A stretch of DNA of 64,000 nt from Octopus sinensis. Taxonomy: Eukaryota. The DNA is taken from assembly GCF_006345805.1 (NCBI RefSeq), contig NC_043013.1, positions 6,200,001-6,264,000 on the forward strand. Reading direction: 5' to 3'. Shown in pieces: positions 13,121-26,404 of the stretch. Made by a program: the position numbers and the translations under genes. Under the pieces are notes generated by a model. That model did not search any database and was not told where the DNA came from. It saw only the letters and a list, made by a program, of their open reading frames with translations. Numbering within the stretch: the stretch's first letter is position 1; each line of letters begins with the position of its first letter.

Positions 13121-14289
13121 TACTCTGTGAAGTGGTTGACTTTAGGAAGGGTATTCAGCTGTAGAAACCATACCAAAACAGACTGGGGAACTGGGTGCAG
13201 CCCCTGACCTTACCAGCTCCTGTCAAACTGTCCAACCCATACAAGAATGGAAATTGGACAGTAAATGATGATAATGATGATGAAATATGCCTGCATGAAA
13301 CATTGATGTTAAATGATGAAGACATTAAAATGTTAACACTAGAGTGTGTTACTCCTCTGAGTATTGTGAGTATCTAACCAGAATACTTAGAGTTGTAGCA
13401 GAGTGTAATCACAGTACTATTGCAGACACACACATTACATATTTATTGGGTATTTTTCCTTCTTGTTCATAAATTCAAACTGTACTCTCTGTGTGTGTGT
13501 GTGTGTGGTGTGTGTGTGTGTGTGTGTGTGTGTGTGCATATGTATAAAGCAATGAGTGCAAAAGGTAGCACAAGAAGGACAAGTTTTAACAAATATTATA
13601 TTAATTTAATACTTAAGAACAGAAGAGTCTTGACGTTTTGGGTGCTGGTCCTTCATCAGAAAGAAAATTAAAATGGGAAACATGTGGTGAAAAAATGAAT
13701 CGAAATAACAATTGAAAAGAAGCTATTGATGTTTCAAATCCTTCATTACAATCATTTCAATAATTTATAAATTCCATAATTTTATATTTATAAAATTATA
13801 TCTTTTGTAAATCTATTCTTCCAGATAAAGTTATAAAGAATATAATAACAGGTCCAAACATTTGTGCCTTGTGTATCACGGAATCATGACCAAAGAAAAA
13901 TAAGACTAATGATAAAAATAGAATAAAACAAAGGATAAAGGTTCAGAATCAAATAAACAATACAAAGTATAAGATATAAAATAATATATCATCATCGTCG
14001 TTTAACGTCTGTCTTCCATGCTGGCATGGGTTGGATGGTTTGACTGAGAGTTGGCAAGCCAGAAGGCTGTGCCAGGCTCCAATATAATATAATATAGTAC
14101 AATATATATACATGCTAATATTGAACAGTGAGAATGAGTGTCTCTAGCACTGCATTGGTGGATAGATATTCTTTATTTGTGGATTAAAGAGATCTCTTAA
14201 CCATTTTTCAGACCCAACGTTCCCATGTAGTAGGCTTCAAAATTGTTAAGATTTCCCTCTTTGTTAACCCACAAATATAAAAAACAAAG

Positions 14290-14351
14290 TATGTATACAT
14301 ATATATATATGTGTGTGTGTGTGTGTGTACGTATATGTATATATTATATAC

Positions 14352-14392
<41 letters not shown>

Positions 14393-14411
14393 AGTATATA
14401 TATATATGTAA

Positions 14412-14454
<43 letters not shown>

Positions 14455-14456
14455 AG

Positions 14457-14488
<32 letters not shown>

Positions 14489-14490
14489 AG

Positions 14491-14523
<33 letters not shown>

Positions 14524-14569
14524 GTAAGTATATGTATATATATATATATATATATTATGTAAGTATATG

Positions 14570-14609
<40 letters not shown>

Positions 14610-14855
14610 GTATATGTATATATATATATATATATATGTATACATATATATGCATATGTATATATATATGTATATATAATATATATATATATATTATATA
14701 TATATGTATATGTATACATATATATATATATATGTATACATATATATGCATATGTATATATATATATATAATATATATATATATATATAATATATATATA
14801 TATATGTATATATATATTATATATATATGTATACATATATATGCATATGTATATA

Positions 14856-14931
<76 letters not shown>

Positions 14932-14941
14932 TATGTATGTG

Positions 14942-14972
<31 letters not shown>

Positions 14973-15005
14973 GTATATATCTGTATATATGTTTATGTAG
15001 ATATA
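14290..15005. repeat. About 700-bp interrupted (TA)n microsatellite
   Basis: Direct reading. Confidence 0.97.
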
Positions 15006-15380
15006 TGATGTTGATGCCAATACAAGGTGGCAAGCTGGCAGAACCATCACCATGCTATACAAAATGCTTAGTAGCATTTCTTTATATCCTGAGTTCAAAT
15101 GCTGCCATGGTTGATTTTGCCTTTGATCTTTTTGGGGTCAGTAAAATAAGTACCAGTGGAGCACTGGGGTCGAGCTAATTACTTTAGCCCCTCTCTCAAA
15201 TTGCTAGTCTTGTGCCAAAATTTGAAACCTATGTATATATGTATATACATATATATATATATCCATAAAATAAGGATGAAAATCACATTGATGATAATTA
15301 TCAGGTAGTCAACATGGAAATCAGCAGTTTTTATAATAATCATATATATGTATATATATATTATTATTATTATTATTATT

Positions 15381-15529
15381 ATTTTAAGGGAGAATATCAA
15401 AACAAAACTTATCTCCGCCATATTGAATTAATGTCCAAGCATTACGAAGCATCATGGTAACTTTGTAAAGCTTGGACATTAATTTAGTAAGGTGGAGATA
15501 AGTCTTGTTTTGACTTTCTCCCTTAAAAT
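15381..15529. repeat. Foldback palindrome / MITE with arms of about 60 bp
   Basis: attttaagggagaa...aattaatgtccaagc pairs with gcttggacattaatt...ttctcccttaaaat. Flanked by TA/ATT repeats. Confidence 0.85.
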
Positions 15530-15584
15530 AATTATATATATATATATATATATAATCATTAATCTAATAAATACATATAATAAC

Positions 15585-16068
15585 TGGCCCTTTTCATCTA
15601 TTCAGACGGTCAATTTAGCTTAGAGGTCACTTAATCGAACATATCAGGGGCTCCCCTTCTTTCATGGCCGATCCTTCCTATGACTGAAGCGCAGCTTCTG
15701 TCACAGTACTTGCCTCCCAAGAGGGTGGCTTGGCGCTCTGCATTTCTGTTGTTTTCCTTTCACCGCTGACCGTTTCTCAACTTGTTTGTTTCTGTAGCTG
15801 CTCTCCAGCAAAGCAGTTCCCTCCTTCACCACAGTCCTCCATGTTGTTCTGTCCTCAGCCCTCTCCTCCCAGGTGCTGGCATCCACCTCACACTTGGACA
15901 AACTAGTTTTGCAACTGTCCTTATACCTCAGTTTTGGTCTTCCTCTTGGCCTCTTGCCCTGGGCCAGTTCTCCATAGAGCAGTTGCTTTGGGATTCGATG
16001 GTCATCCATTCTCCTGACATGCCCCAGCCACCTCAGTCTTCTCATACACAAGATAGCTGTCATGCTTT
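15585..16068 (-). mobile_element. 5'-truncated RTE-clade LINE (ORF C-terminus and 3' UTR)
   Basis: RRLRWLGHVRRMDDHRIPKQLLYGELAQGKRPRGRPKLRYKD...WEERAEDRTTWR is the characteristic RTE C-terminal signature. Confidence 0.9.
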
Positions 16069-16074
16069 GATATA

Positions 16075-16124
<50 letters not shown>

Positions 16125-16202
16125 CACACACACGTACATACATATATACACATACATACACATACATACATACATACATACATACATACACACATACACA
16201 CA

Positions 16203-16238
<36 letters not shown>

Positions 16239-16310
16239 TATAATTATATAATTATGCTGGCCACTGATAAAATCATTTTAATGATTATATCCTTAATTTA
16301 TACATACATA

Positions 16311-16351
<41 letters not shown>

Positions 16352-17647
16352 AAATTTGCTTTGTTTTTAAACATGAAGGGTTTTAAAAAAATCAAGGATG
16401 ATACAGACTTATACAGTGTGGGGACTGAATAGAATTAAAAACATTGTGTAAAGAAAAAAAAAATACAAGTTGAAGAACTTGGATTGAATTCAGCTTGGTT
16501 GCTAACATTTCACTTTTGTTGCTATTGCTGTCATCACAACTCCTCACTGCTCCACTCTTCAAAATGAAACCAAACAAATCTTTTGCTTCAAACCAAAAAC
16601 TTTTCTTTATTTTATGTCAACAAGAACACTATTGCCGTCCTCCATAGATCTGCCTCTTTCTGAGATATGTTCATAAATTCCAGCTTTGTTTTATATAATA
16701 ATTATTATGACATGCTATGTGGTATTTAGTTAGATACCTCTGTGTTCTGAGTTCAAATTCCCCTATGGTTGACTTTGTCTTTTATTATTTTTTTTCAGGG
16801 TTGGTCAAATTAAGTACCAGTTGAATACTGGTGTTGATATAATTAACTATTGTCCTCCCCACCTCAGAATATGTGGCCTTGTAAAAACCATTAAAAATAA
16901 ATTAAAATTTAAAAAAAACCTCACAAGAAATCGTATTTTTATGATGTCAGATTCAGTAGAGCATCGTATAAATTGCAATGTGATATTTAATTATATTCTG
17001 AGTTCTAACCCTGCCATGGTAAGCTTTGTCTTTCATCCCTCTGTGGTCAATACAATTGCTTCCTTCCTCCCATCCCATTATTTATTATTATTATATCTTT
17101 TATCCCTCCTGGGTTGATTAAATAGTTTACCAGTCAAGTACTGGGGTTGATAGCATCAACTAACACCCTCCCATCAAACTGATGGGTTCGTGTCTAAAAC
17201 TTAAACCATCATCATCATCATCATCATTGTTATTATTACTACAAAATGCTTAGCAGTATTTTGCCCATCACTACGTTCTGAGTTCAAATTCTGCCGAGGT
17301 CGACCTTACCTTTCATTCTTTCGGGGTCAATAAAATAAATAGCAGTTGAACACTGGGGTCGATGTAATCGACTCATCCTCTCCCCGCCCCAAATTGAATT
17401 GCTGCTCTTGTGGCAAAATTTGAAACCATTATTAAGGTGGTGAGCTGGCATAATTGTTAGCATACCAGACAAAATGCATTGAGGCATTCTCATGGTTTTA
17501 CATTTTGAGTTCAGGTTTCGCTGAGGTCGACTTTGCCTTTCATACTTTTGGAATCAGTAAAATAAAGTACCTGTCACATACTGGGGTCAATGTAATTAAC
17601 CTCCTCCTCCTCCTAAAAACTATTGGCCTTGTGCCAAAATTTGAAAC

Positions 17648-17681
<34 letters not shown>

Positions 17682-17805
17682 TTATTTTCCCCACATTGTC
17701 ACAAATTGCAGTATCCTGCATCAAAACATTTAAAGAAGAAATCCCATGTGCAGTGTTATTTAAATACATGCAGTCGTTAGCATATTTTTATTGGTACAAA
17801 TATAC

Positions 17806-17946
17806 TGGTAAGAAGCTTGCTTCCCAACCACCTGATTCTGGGTTCAGTCTCACTGCATGGCACCTTGAACAAGTGTTTTCTAATATGGCTTGGGCCAACC
17901 AAAGTCTTGTGAGTGGATTTGGTAGAAAGAAACTGAAAGGAACCTG

Positions 17947-17982
<36 letters not shown>

Positions 17983-18195
17983 ATGTCTTTGTGTCTATGT
18001 TTGTTCCCCCACCATTGCTTGATAACCGATGCTGGTAAGTCCACACCCCTGTAACTTAGTGGTTCAGCAAAAGAGACCAATAGAATAAGCACTAGGCTTA
18101 CAAAGAATAAGTCCCGAGGTCGATTTCTTTAACTTAAAAAACCCTTTACGGTGGTGCTCCAGTATGGCTGCAGTCAAATGACTGAAATGAATAAA
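17806..18195 (+). mobile_element. SINE family A (another copy at 19085-19428)
   Basis: Match to 62322-62793. Confidence 0.8.
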
Positions 18196-18277
18196 ATATA
18201 TATATATATATATATCATTGTTTTCCCCATGCTTGTATGAGTTGGGCAGAATTTCCATGGCTTAAGGCCCATATATA

Positions 18278-18315
<38 letters not shown>

Positions 18316-18843
18316 TACATATATATGTATATGTATGCATTCATTTAAAGCTGATCCTTCACTCCATGTCACGGCTTCGAGTTTTCCCAGTGTCTATCTT
18401 GTGTGCTAATTCAGGCATAAACATAGTCACCGATGCAGAAAACTCAGAGATAGTAAACCAAATCATCATTGAATGAATGGATGGTTAAATAAAGAAACTC
18501 TTTTACACTGTATACATTGAGTAAAACCTTCTCTCATTTTTACACCAAATAATTATCCCAATCCCTGCACACATACACTCACATTGGTGCATACATATAT
18601 GCATACACACACACACACACACACTCACACACACATATATATATATTTACATACACTGAAAAAAAGTAAGTGGAATGTTCTGTTGGTTCTAACTAAATCT
18701 CCCAGTTATATTAACTGAATTCCCTCCTCATTGAATGATCATGCAACTGGCTGAGTATTCCACAGACATGTACCCTTCATTGTCATATACTCATGAAAGT
18801 TTCAAGATGATTATTCATTAAGAACCACAAAAATTCTAAACTA

Positions 18844-18881
<38 letters not shown>

Positions 18882-19009
18882 TATATGGGTGTATATACAT
18901 ATACACATGGATGTATACACTGATAAAAATTTTAATATGACTTCACAAGTACCATGACTATTGTAAATTAATTATTTTTTATATATACATGCGCATATGT
19001 GTGTGTGTT

Positions 19010-19052
<43 letters not shown>

Positions 19053-20019
19053 GTGGATGTATGTTCTCAAAAAATTAGAAAGGGGGCTTGGCTGTGTGGT
19101 AAGAAGCTTGCTTCCCAACCACATGGTTCCGGGTTCAGTCCCACTGTGTGGAATCTTGGGCAAATGCCTTCTACTTTAGCCTTAGGCAGACAAAAGTCTT
19201 GTGAGTGGTAGAGGGAAACTGAAAGAAGCCCGTCGTATATATATGTATCTATTTCTGTGTCTGTGTTTGTCCCTCCACCATTGCTTGATAACCGTTGCTG
19301 GTGTGTTTACGTCCCCGTAACTTAACAGTTCAGCAAATGAGACCAATAGAATAAGTAATTGGCTTACAAAGAATAATTCCTGGGTCGATTTGTTCAGCTA
19401 AAGGCAGTGCTCCAGCATGGCCGCAGTAAAAAAAAATATATATATGTACAGCAATCTCATGTGAGTGTATATACACATGTTGATGTATAGTCTCATTAAA
19501 ATTCCAAGAGAACTTATTCATTAAGTACCACAGCTATTGTAAACTAATTTCATTATTACATAATATTAATTGTTTATAAGAAAAAATACTGACAAATTAA
19601 AATACTTCATTTTCGAAAGAGAAATTGCAATTAAACTTTTGTTTTTCTTTTTTACTAGTTGTCTTATTTTATTTATTTATTTTCTTTCTTTCTTGGATTT
19701 GAATTCTCAATTAATTGAATAATTTGAAATCGTTACGTGTCTTATTGTTGTTATATTAATTGCAGTTTGGATTAGTTTTAGTGCAGCGGACAAGGGAAGC
19801 GGATTGGAGTAAGTGCAGTGGATTGGTCATAGAGCAGTGAATTCGTCTTCGCGTGGCAGATTGTGCTTACTGCAATAGATTCACAGAATTTGTAGAGCTT
19901 TGGGCGAAAGAGCTTGCAGCGGTTATGTCCCTTCATCGTCTGTGCTCAAATAAGTCTTGCAGTAGTTATGTCCCTTTATCGTAAATAAATCTTGCAGCTT
20001 GAGTAATAGGTATGGCTAT

Positions 20020-20406
20020 GTGGAGGCGCAATGGCCCAGTGGTTAGGGCAGCGGACTCGCGGTCGTAGGATCGCGGTTTCGATTCCCAGACCGGGCGTTG
20101 TGAGTGTTTATTGAGCGAAAACACCTAAAGCTCCACGAGGCTCCGGCAGGGATGGTGGTGATCCCCGCTGTACTCTTTCACCACAACTTTCTCTCACTCT
20201 TACTTCCTGTTTCTGTTGTACCTGTATTTCAAAGGGCCGGCCTTGTCACTCTCTGTGTCACGCTGAATATCCCCGAGAACTACGTTAAGGGTACACGTGT
20301 CTGTGGAGTACTCAGCCACTTACACGTTAATTTCACGAGCAGGCTGTTCCGTTGATCGGATCAACCGGAACCCTCGTCGTCGTAACCGACAGAGTGCTTC
20401 CATTCC
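20020..20406 (+). mobile_element. Full-length young SINE, family C (tail 1)
   Basis: 12-bp TSD aggtatggctat (20008-20019, 20407-20418), A and B boxes, CpGs intact. Confidence 0.92.
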
Positions 20407-20431
20407 AGGTATGGCTATTAATATCCGGAGA

Positions 20432-21050
20432 AAGGCGACGAGCTGGCAGAAACGTTAGCACGCCGGGCGAAATGCGTAGCCGTATTTTGTCTGCCGTTAC
20501 GTTCTGGGTTCAAATTCCGCCGAGGTCGACTTTGCCTTTCATCTGTTCGAGGTCGATAAATTAAGTACCAGTTTGTCTGTCCTTGTTTGTCCCCTCTCTG
20601 TTTAGCCCCTTGTGGGTAGTAAAGAAATATATTAATATCAGGAGACAGTAAGGCGTTGAGCTGGCAGAATCGTGAGAGCGCCGAGGAAAACGCTTGGCGG
20701 CATTTCGTCTTTCTGCACATTCTGGGTTCAAATTTCCTCTGAAGTTGACCTTGCCTTTCATCCTTTCGGGGATTGATGCTGGGGGTCAATGTAATCAACT
20801 TGCACCCTCCTCCCAAATTCCTAGTCTTGCACCAAAGTTTGAAACCAATATTAGGAGAAAGTAAGCTGGAAGAATAATTACACACGGAGTTTACCTTTCA
20901 TCCTTTTGGGGTCGATAAAATAAGTACCATTTGAGCAATGGGGTTGATGCAATCGACTTACCCGCTACCCCACAAATCTTGGTCTTGTGGCAAAATTCGA
21001 AACCAATATCAGGAGAAAGTAAGACGGTGAGCTTGAAGAAACGTTAGCCG
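20432..21050 (+). mobile_element. Cluster of SINE family B copies
   Basis: aaggcgacgagctggcagaa head and gaggtcgactttgcctttcatcc...gtcgataaattaagtaccag domain repeated. Confidence 0.8.
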
Positions 21051-21201
21051 TTGTTCTCAGTTGCAGAAATAAGAAGGAATCAAACCGAATTCAACTGAAC
21101 CAAGGGAAATAACTCTTTGCATCTGCCGAAAAAGAAAATTACTGCAAAATGCAACTCTAAAAATAATCCTATAGGAAAAGTTTTGGGAAATATATTAAAT
21201 A

Positions 21202-21499
21202 CTAGCAGTATCGCTCGGCATTGCTCGGGTTTGTAAGGGAAATAACTATATAAGCATTTTTAGAGAGTTACTTCCCTCATATAATAGCAAAAAATGCATT
21301 AAAAATGGGAAAAAATGATGGTAAATTATTTTAAAAATCGTAGACTCATCGTAGACGCGCGCTAATACCCAGAAGGGCTCGATACGAATCACGACTATAA
21401 GATACCCGAATTTGGTTAAACTGCACCGCAAAATGTGGGAGTAGTTAGGAATCTAAATCGTAGGAGACAGACACACAACTTCACTTTTATATATAAAGA
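21202..21499 (-). mobile_element. Non-autonomous Helitron
   Basis: The minus strand reads A|TCtttatatataaaag...cccgagcaatgccgagcgatactgCTAG|T: 5' TC, an imperfect subterminal GC hairpin, 3' CTAG and an A-T target with no TSD. Confidence 0.8.
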
Positions 21500-23204
21500 T
21501 TTTGACTAGAATTTAAAAAAGCAGAAGAATTCTTGGAACATTTATTGTTCAGTGAGGCATTTACAGAATATCGAAATAAATTTAAAAAAACCCAGATCGT
21601 TAGAGAAGTATTCATATAAGTCGCTAGAGTTGTTTTAGTTTATTTTCACACTTGACAAATACTTTTATATTTGTTTCAGAATCTGGACAGCGGCCATGCT
21701 GGAGCACTGGCTTGCGGGATCATTGGAACTACGATAGTTATTCTGTCAGCCGCTTTTGACAGAAGTTATAGCTACGACACTTGCCCACAGTGTCACGGTT
21801 GGACTGTACCCGAAATTGTGGCTAACTTAGTCGGACCTTTTGCCGTTGAGAAAAAAAAAAGGAACAACCTCAATAATAACAACATCAACAACAACAATCA
21901 TATTGTACAGTATTCGGTGCACTACAATTCGTCCGAAAAGAATAAAAGATTGGTCGAGATAGAAACAGTTAGTCCTGTAAAGAAAGACGGCAATGATGGC
22001 AAAAAGTAGATATTACAGAGAATAAGACAAAACGATACAAACAGAACAGTTAAAGTGTCATAAGATCATCGAAAAAAATTCTTCCTACCGTCAGAATTTT
22101 TCAAATTTGGCTGATGTAGTTTTGTTTGTTAATGACGAAAATCCCATTCGTTTCTTGCCGAAAACAAAGGAATCAAAAATCCCAAGAGTAAGAGTGACCA
22201 TTTCTAACTCTGTACCTCTTCTCACAGAGACAGACTCACGGCATTTGCTTTTGCTTCATCTTCAACAAACACAACCATTGTGTGGTATTTTCGCGCTCAT
22301 AACATGTTGCCGCCGACGACATATCTCCTTTGGTATGACGAACACTCTTCTCGAATAAAAAAACGACATTGCTGCTTCTTCTTCCTTTGTTTTTATACTC
22401 TCAGATAATTTTCACGAAATTCACTGTTTAAGATGTTATTTTGTACAAATAATAATAAAAATGCTAAATAAAACTCCAACAACCTTGTATTTATGACAAA
22501 AATGAATAAATACGGTTTGCAGTAATAAATACGGTTCACTGAAACTGAGCTGGAAACAAGAAGCAGACGACAGACGACAGTTGGCAGACGATAATATTAA
22601 CGCACAGTTCTCACCGGGGTCGACTTTGCCTTTCATTCTTTCGGGGTCGATGAATAAGTACCAGTTGAACACTGGGGTCGATGTAATCGACTTTTCCTTC
22701 CTTCGAAATTACTGACCTTGTGACAAAATTTGAATTCTATTAATGCCCAGTCGGATGCAGACGATAATGATAATGTCGTTCCCATAGAAACAAATGATTG
22801 CCACTTTAGGTATGTTGGAAACGCAGGTATTTGATTGGTTAAAATTCTAAACTTTTAGGTCTTGAAAGTTCTTTTTACTATTAATTTCTAGAAAAAAATC
22901 GAAGTAATTTTTGTCATTCAAAAAACTCAAACTGAATAGAAAATTTGAAAAAATTCTGACGGCAGAAAAAGTTAAAAAATCCTAGCTATAAAGACTGAAG
23001 AAAGTAAAGGCACTTCAACACTATCTTAGCTGTAGCTTTAACGAACTTCAGGAAACATGGAATTTTTTTAAGGATGCAGTGTCCTAACAGTTGACAGTCG
23101 ACACGATTAGTGTATTCAATGCTTCGATAATTCTGAGCATGAAAAAATGTTTCGAAAAGTCATGGATGATGCGCTGCTATTTTATTTTATAATCGTTCTT
23201 ACTT

Positions 23205-23221
23205 GTCGGTCTGTCAGCCTC

Positions 23222-23260
<39 letters not shown>

Positions 23261-23351
23261 GACTCTGTCTGTCTGTCTTTCTGCCTGCCTGTCTGTCTTT
23301 TTGTCTGTCTGTCTGTCTGTTTCTGTATGTCTGGCTGTCTGTCTGTCTATT

Positions 23352-23392
<41 letters not shown>

Positions 23393-23395
23393 GTC

Positions 23396-23452
<57 letters not shown>

Positions 23453-23510
23453 GTCTCTCTCTCTCTGTCTCTCTCTCTGTCTCTCTCTCTCTTTCTCTCT
23501 CTCTCTCTTC
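23205..23510. repeat. (TCTG)n/(TC)n microsatellite
   Basis: Direct reading. Confidence 0.95.
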
Positions 23511-24276
23511 ATATGCTATTCCTACTGACATCGGTAACCTGGACCTCCGTACGAAAGTCTAAAGACTCGTGAATTTCTTAGTGAAAATAACAAAAGTGGT
23601 TTCCCCTTGCCCTTTACCAGTTTATTCACAATTTACTCTGCTAGTCTCCCGTTCTCTCGAGCCTGCTCTTGGAGTCTCTTAAACCCTTAAGCAGGGGAAC
23701 TGCTTCACGAGACATCAAAGCATGTCCATACAATGGTAGATCTGTATGAAATATGTTGAGGGCTCAACACTCATTCGAGTTCTGTATATCTTAGTCATAG
23801 GATCATCTGCTATTTTATTTCATAAAATTTGTCATATAGACAGTACAAAGAGCTTTGCGGGCTGAACAAACACATTAATGAAGGAAAATGAAATATAATG
23901 AATAAATGAGAGACGAAACCCAACACCCGCCGATTGGATTTTTCTCGAAAACATTTTTTCTTTTTTTTTTAAAATCAATATGAGGTTTCAAACCTCTTAC
24001 AAGAAGGATCATCTGCTATTTGACCAATAACTAGATCTCTTGACAGATATTAACACCTCAGGCCAGAGTGGACGTGGGAGTAGCAGTGATTAAGGGGTAG
24101 CTCCGGACCTTCCGAAATTCCTAAACTCCTGAGTTGGAGACTCAACCTCAGATGCAATTTAGTGTGTCGACTTCTATCACCAATGCTTTTCTTGAATTAT
24201 TATTTTATAATTAAGAATGTATTTTGGTTTTCTATCATGGCGAACAGCTGTATTTCCTAAACCGAGACGTTACGCT

Positions 24277-24480
24277 TTATTTTAGGGGCCGTTAAACTTC
24301 ATTTTTAAAGGCAGCTTAGCTTCATTTTATGGGCTACAAAACTTAATTTCAAAAGCTGTTAAACTAAATTTTTGAGGCTACTAAATTGCATATTAAGGGC
24401 TACTTAGCAGTATTTTAGGGATTGATAAACTGCATCAAGGGCCTTTATTTTAGAGGCTTCTAAATTTCATTTCAGGGCTT
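24277..24480. repeat. Diverged minisatellite of about 22 bp, roughly 9-10 units (approximate consensus ttcattttaggggctactaaac)
   Basis: Recurring attt(t)...ggct...aaac periodicity. Confidence 0.7.
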
Positions 24481-24694
24481 GCTGCTAATTAAGTTCGAAC
24501 TTCATCTACCTTTCAACATCTCTAGAGAAGATCTTTTGTGTGTGTTTGTGTGTGTGTATGGGGTTAATCCAACTTTTTATTAAGGGACTGGACTGGAATT
24601 ATTGATTTAGAGGCTCTCTTCTCTTCTCCGAATTTTGTTCCCAGTACATGAAAGTATATAATGTTATATTTCTTCGTTTAAAAAAATAGTTGTT

Positions 24695-25150
24695 TAACAC
24701 ATTGAAACTCCGACGTCTGGCAGCTGACTTGGCAGACACCCATAAAATTATCAACCATCGCACAAACAATAACTCTGAGCACCTTTTCAAACTCCACCTG
24801 TCTAACACCCGTGGACATATTTACAAAGTCAGAAAACAGCACAGCTCCCATGACTTCAGGAAACATTTTTTCACGCTGAGAGTTGCTGAAGCATGGAACA
24901 AACTGCCGGCATCGGTTGTTAGTTGTCGGAGCACTGCATCCTTCAAAACTTCCATGCTTCCTGAGATTCGCCAACACTACACCAGATTTTCTCCCCTCCA
25001 TACACACGCAAGCATGTATCTGACTCATACATTGTTCGCTTTCCAGACATTTGTACGTTACTGCATATACTTTATATGCACTTTCTGACAAGTTGTGGTG
25101 CACCTGAGCACTGTATACAATAATTTCATTATTATTATATTATTATTATT
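24695..25150 (+). mobile_element. 5'-truncated CR1-clade LINE (ORF2 end, 3' UTR, (ATT)n tail)
   Basis: TLKLRRLAADLADTHKII...NTRGHIYKV...FRKHFFTLRVAEAWNKLP...FKT is the typical CR1 C-terminus. Confidence 0.88.
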
Positions 25151-25151
25151 A

Positions 25152-25525
25152 AACGTTCTACCATCCGCCAGGATGTGGTGAACCCAATCAATGATTTCCT
25201 CGGCGGTGGCAGTTGCTGGACGTCCAGACGTTGGGTCATCTTCGAGACTCCCTCTTCTCCTCCTAAAGTCATTTGCCCACTTTTCCGCTGTCGATAAAGC
25301 TGGATCGTCATCTCCTAATGTAGCAACCATCTTAGCACGAATGTCGTTGGAGGCTTTTTTATAGCACCACGATGCCAAATTTTGTCCAATCCGCAAGAGA
25401 AGTCGCTACTAGTCGCGTGTCAATTTATCGGGAAAGAAACGTTGCAGTTATTAATAAGAAGAGTTTGAAATTAATGCATGCAAGATTTCACAGCTCTAGC
25501 GTCACTCCTTCATAGTCAGCCTATT
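25152..25525 (-). mobile_element. Mariner transposase N-terminal fragment (degenerate)
   Basis: DIRAKMVATLGDDDPALSTAEKWANDFRRRRGSLEDDPTSGRPATA: HTH region and GRP linker. Confidence 0.75.
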
Positions 25526-25695
25526 TAAAGTTTCTTCTCAACCTCGTGTTTTGTCGCCGTTCTGACTTTGGAGAGATTTTTAAGTGTGATTCAGAGGAGT
25601 TCTCTCCCTTCGTACAGAAAATTGCTCAAAAGTTACCGACGTCAAACGTCAGTGGTTCTTCTGTGTGAAATCATTTAAAGCTCACACATAAGTAT

Positions 25696-25745
<50 letters not shown>

Positions 25746-25974
25746 AGACAGTGATGCAGATAAACTCGATTAGGCTTGATACATACAAATATACATGCAT
25801 ACATACATACATCCATCCATCCATACATACATACATACAAACATACGTACATATATACATACATACATTCATACATATATAATATATATATATATATATA
25901 TATTAATAAATGAAATAAAACATATGCATATATATAAACATATATGTACGTACCTACCTCTACATGTACATATA

Positions 25975-26165
25975 CACGCATATATGAGTACAGGACACCA
26001 AAGGAACGTCGAACACAAAGAGAAAGGAAAACATAGACACAAACCAAAGGAACTGGACATTTTTTTAAACAACAAAAAATTGAGTACAGGACAATTAACA
26101 CAACGAAAAAAACCCCTTCTGCAGTCGCTATGGTTTCATCTACTCTACGTTTCGAAGGATAAAAG
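25975..26165 (-). mobile_element. Penelope-like repeat fragment, homologous to about 37055-37220 (+)
   Basis: The reverse complement shares ttcgaaac...aagggg...tgtc-tgtactc...ggtgtcctgtac with the 37-kb copy. Confidence 0.55.
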
Positions 26166-26335
26166 CGAGACATATATATATATACATACATACATATATA
26201 TATATATTATATATATATATATAACATAAATATGTAGATAGTGATGTAGATAAACATGATTAGGCTTGATACATACAAATATACATGCAGGAATACAAAC
26301 ACACACACACACGCACGCACACACACACACACACA

Positions 26336-26404
<69 letters not shown>

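Noticed and set aside
16490-16540. Minus-strand GTGATGA...CTGA snoRNA-like pair
   Set aside because: Only 48 nt with no internal boxes. Expected by chance in this sequence.
20020-20095. tRNA gene (also heads at 2288, 31726 and 62322)
   Set aside because: A/B boxes belong to SINE heads joined to SINE bodies (TSDs at 2288 and 20020). No proper cloverleaf or terminator.
22262-22369. Minus-strand ORF ending GCVC-TGA, resembling a CxxU selenoprotein motif
   Set aside because: A second TGA follows two codons later, there is no thioredoxin-fold similarity, and no SECIS was identified.
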